DNA of 44,571 bases from a virus (taxonomy: Duplodnaviria; Caudoviricetes), in IMG/VR virus record IMGVR_UViG_3300045410_000061, positions 1-44,571 of that record, one strand, 5' to 3'. Both the position numbers and the translations under genes were made by a program. This document shows positions 43,997 to 44,571 of the stretch, in pieces. The notes beneath the pieces were generated by a model, which did no database searches, was not told the DNA's origin, and worked only from the letters and a program-made list of their open reading frames with translations. Within the stretch, counting starts at the first letter, position 1. Each line of letters starts with the position of its first letter.

Positions 43997-44571
43997 ATGA
44001 AAACTCTGTCGCAAATTCTCGACTCCAGCAAGCCGTATCATCAAGCCTGCGAACTGTTCCCGCTGGTGGAAGGTGAGGACTTCGACGACATCAAAGAGGA
44101 CATCCGGCTGCACAAGCAACGCGAGCCGGTAATCGTCTACAAGCGGCAACTCCTGGATGGCCGCACGCGATACCGCGCATGCGAGGAACTCGGCATCCCG
44201 ACCTCGTATACGATCATCGACGAATTGGATTGCCCATTCGCCTTCGTCGCTTCGGTGAATCTGAAGCGACGGCATCTATCGACCAACCAGCGCGCATTGC
44301 TTGGTGCTGAGTTGAAGAAACGCCTTCAGCCGGCAGCGGAAGAGCGGGAAAAATCAGGCGTGGCGAACCCTGTGGCAAAATTGCCACAGGGTTCCCACGA
44401 GCGCAGCCGCGATGCAGCCGGCAAGGTTGTCGGCGTATCCGGCAGGACTGTCGATGCCGCGTCCCACGTCATCGAAAAGGGTTCCACAGAACTTGTTGAA
44501 GCCGTTCGCTCCGATGAAATCGCGATTGGCGCGGCCAGCAAGATTGCGGAGCTTCCCAAGCCGGAGCAACG
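43997..44571 (+). CDS. ParB N-terminal domain protein, 3' truncated
   Basis: GGAGG RBS; manual translation gives MKTLSQ...HQACELFPL...LLDGRTRYRACEELG...NLKRRHLSTNQRA. Confidence 0.8.
   Translation, partial: MKTLSQILDSSKPYHQACELFPLVEGEDFDDIKEDIRLHKQREPVIVYKRQLLDGRTRYRACEELGIPTSYTIIDELDCPFAFVASVNLKRRHLSTNQRALLGAELKKRLQPAAEEREKSGVANPVAKLPQGSHERSRDAAGKVVGVSGRTVDAASHVIEKGSTELVEAVRSDEIAIGAASKIAELPKPEQ

Noticed and set aside
1-44571. Terminase, lysis cassette, replication initiator, cas6, dinG, cas1 or cysH
   Set aside because: None is recognisable by motif in this window. They may lie outside it, so their absence from the whole phage cannot be claimed.

Overview
The window is a contiguous, GC-rich, almost entirely plus-strand piece of a temperate tailed phage (siphovirus-like). 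The host may be a Planctomycete, but that is inference only. Order of modules: portal, head, tail, tape-measure and tail-tip genes (1-20.6 kb); a glycosyltransferase and sulfotransferase pair; a translationally coupled, array-less type IV-B-like CRISPR effector operon (csf1, cas11-like, csf2, csf3) followed by a radical SAM enzyme where a cysH-like gene usually sits; an HTH-regulated operon of small acidic genes that contains a textbook type I hammerhead ribozyme and four copies of a hairpin+RBS cassette; a tyrosine integrase next to a complete tRNA-Leu(GAG); a C4/CI-like cloverleaf RNA with a matching downstream target; DNA methyltransferases, CsrA, XRE regulators, a pentapeptide-repeat protein, RecE/Bet-type recombination genes and a truncated ParB-like gene. 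The best candidate for an undescribed system is the phage-borne type IV-B-like complex plus radical SAM enzyme, which has no Cas6 or array and lies next to a self-cleaving, repeat-punctuated transcript. All calls come from reading motifs by eye; no database search or folding program was run.
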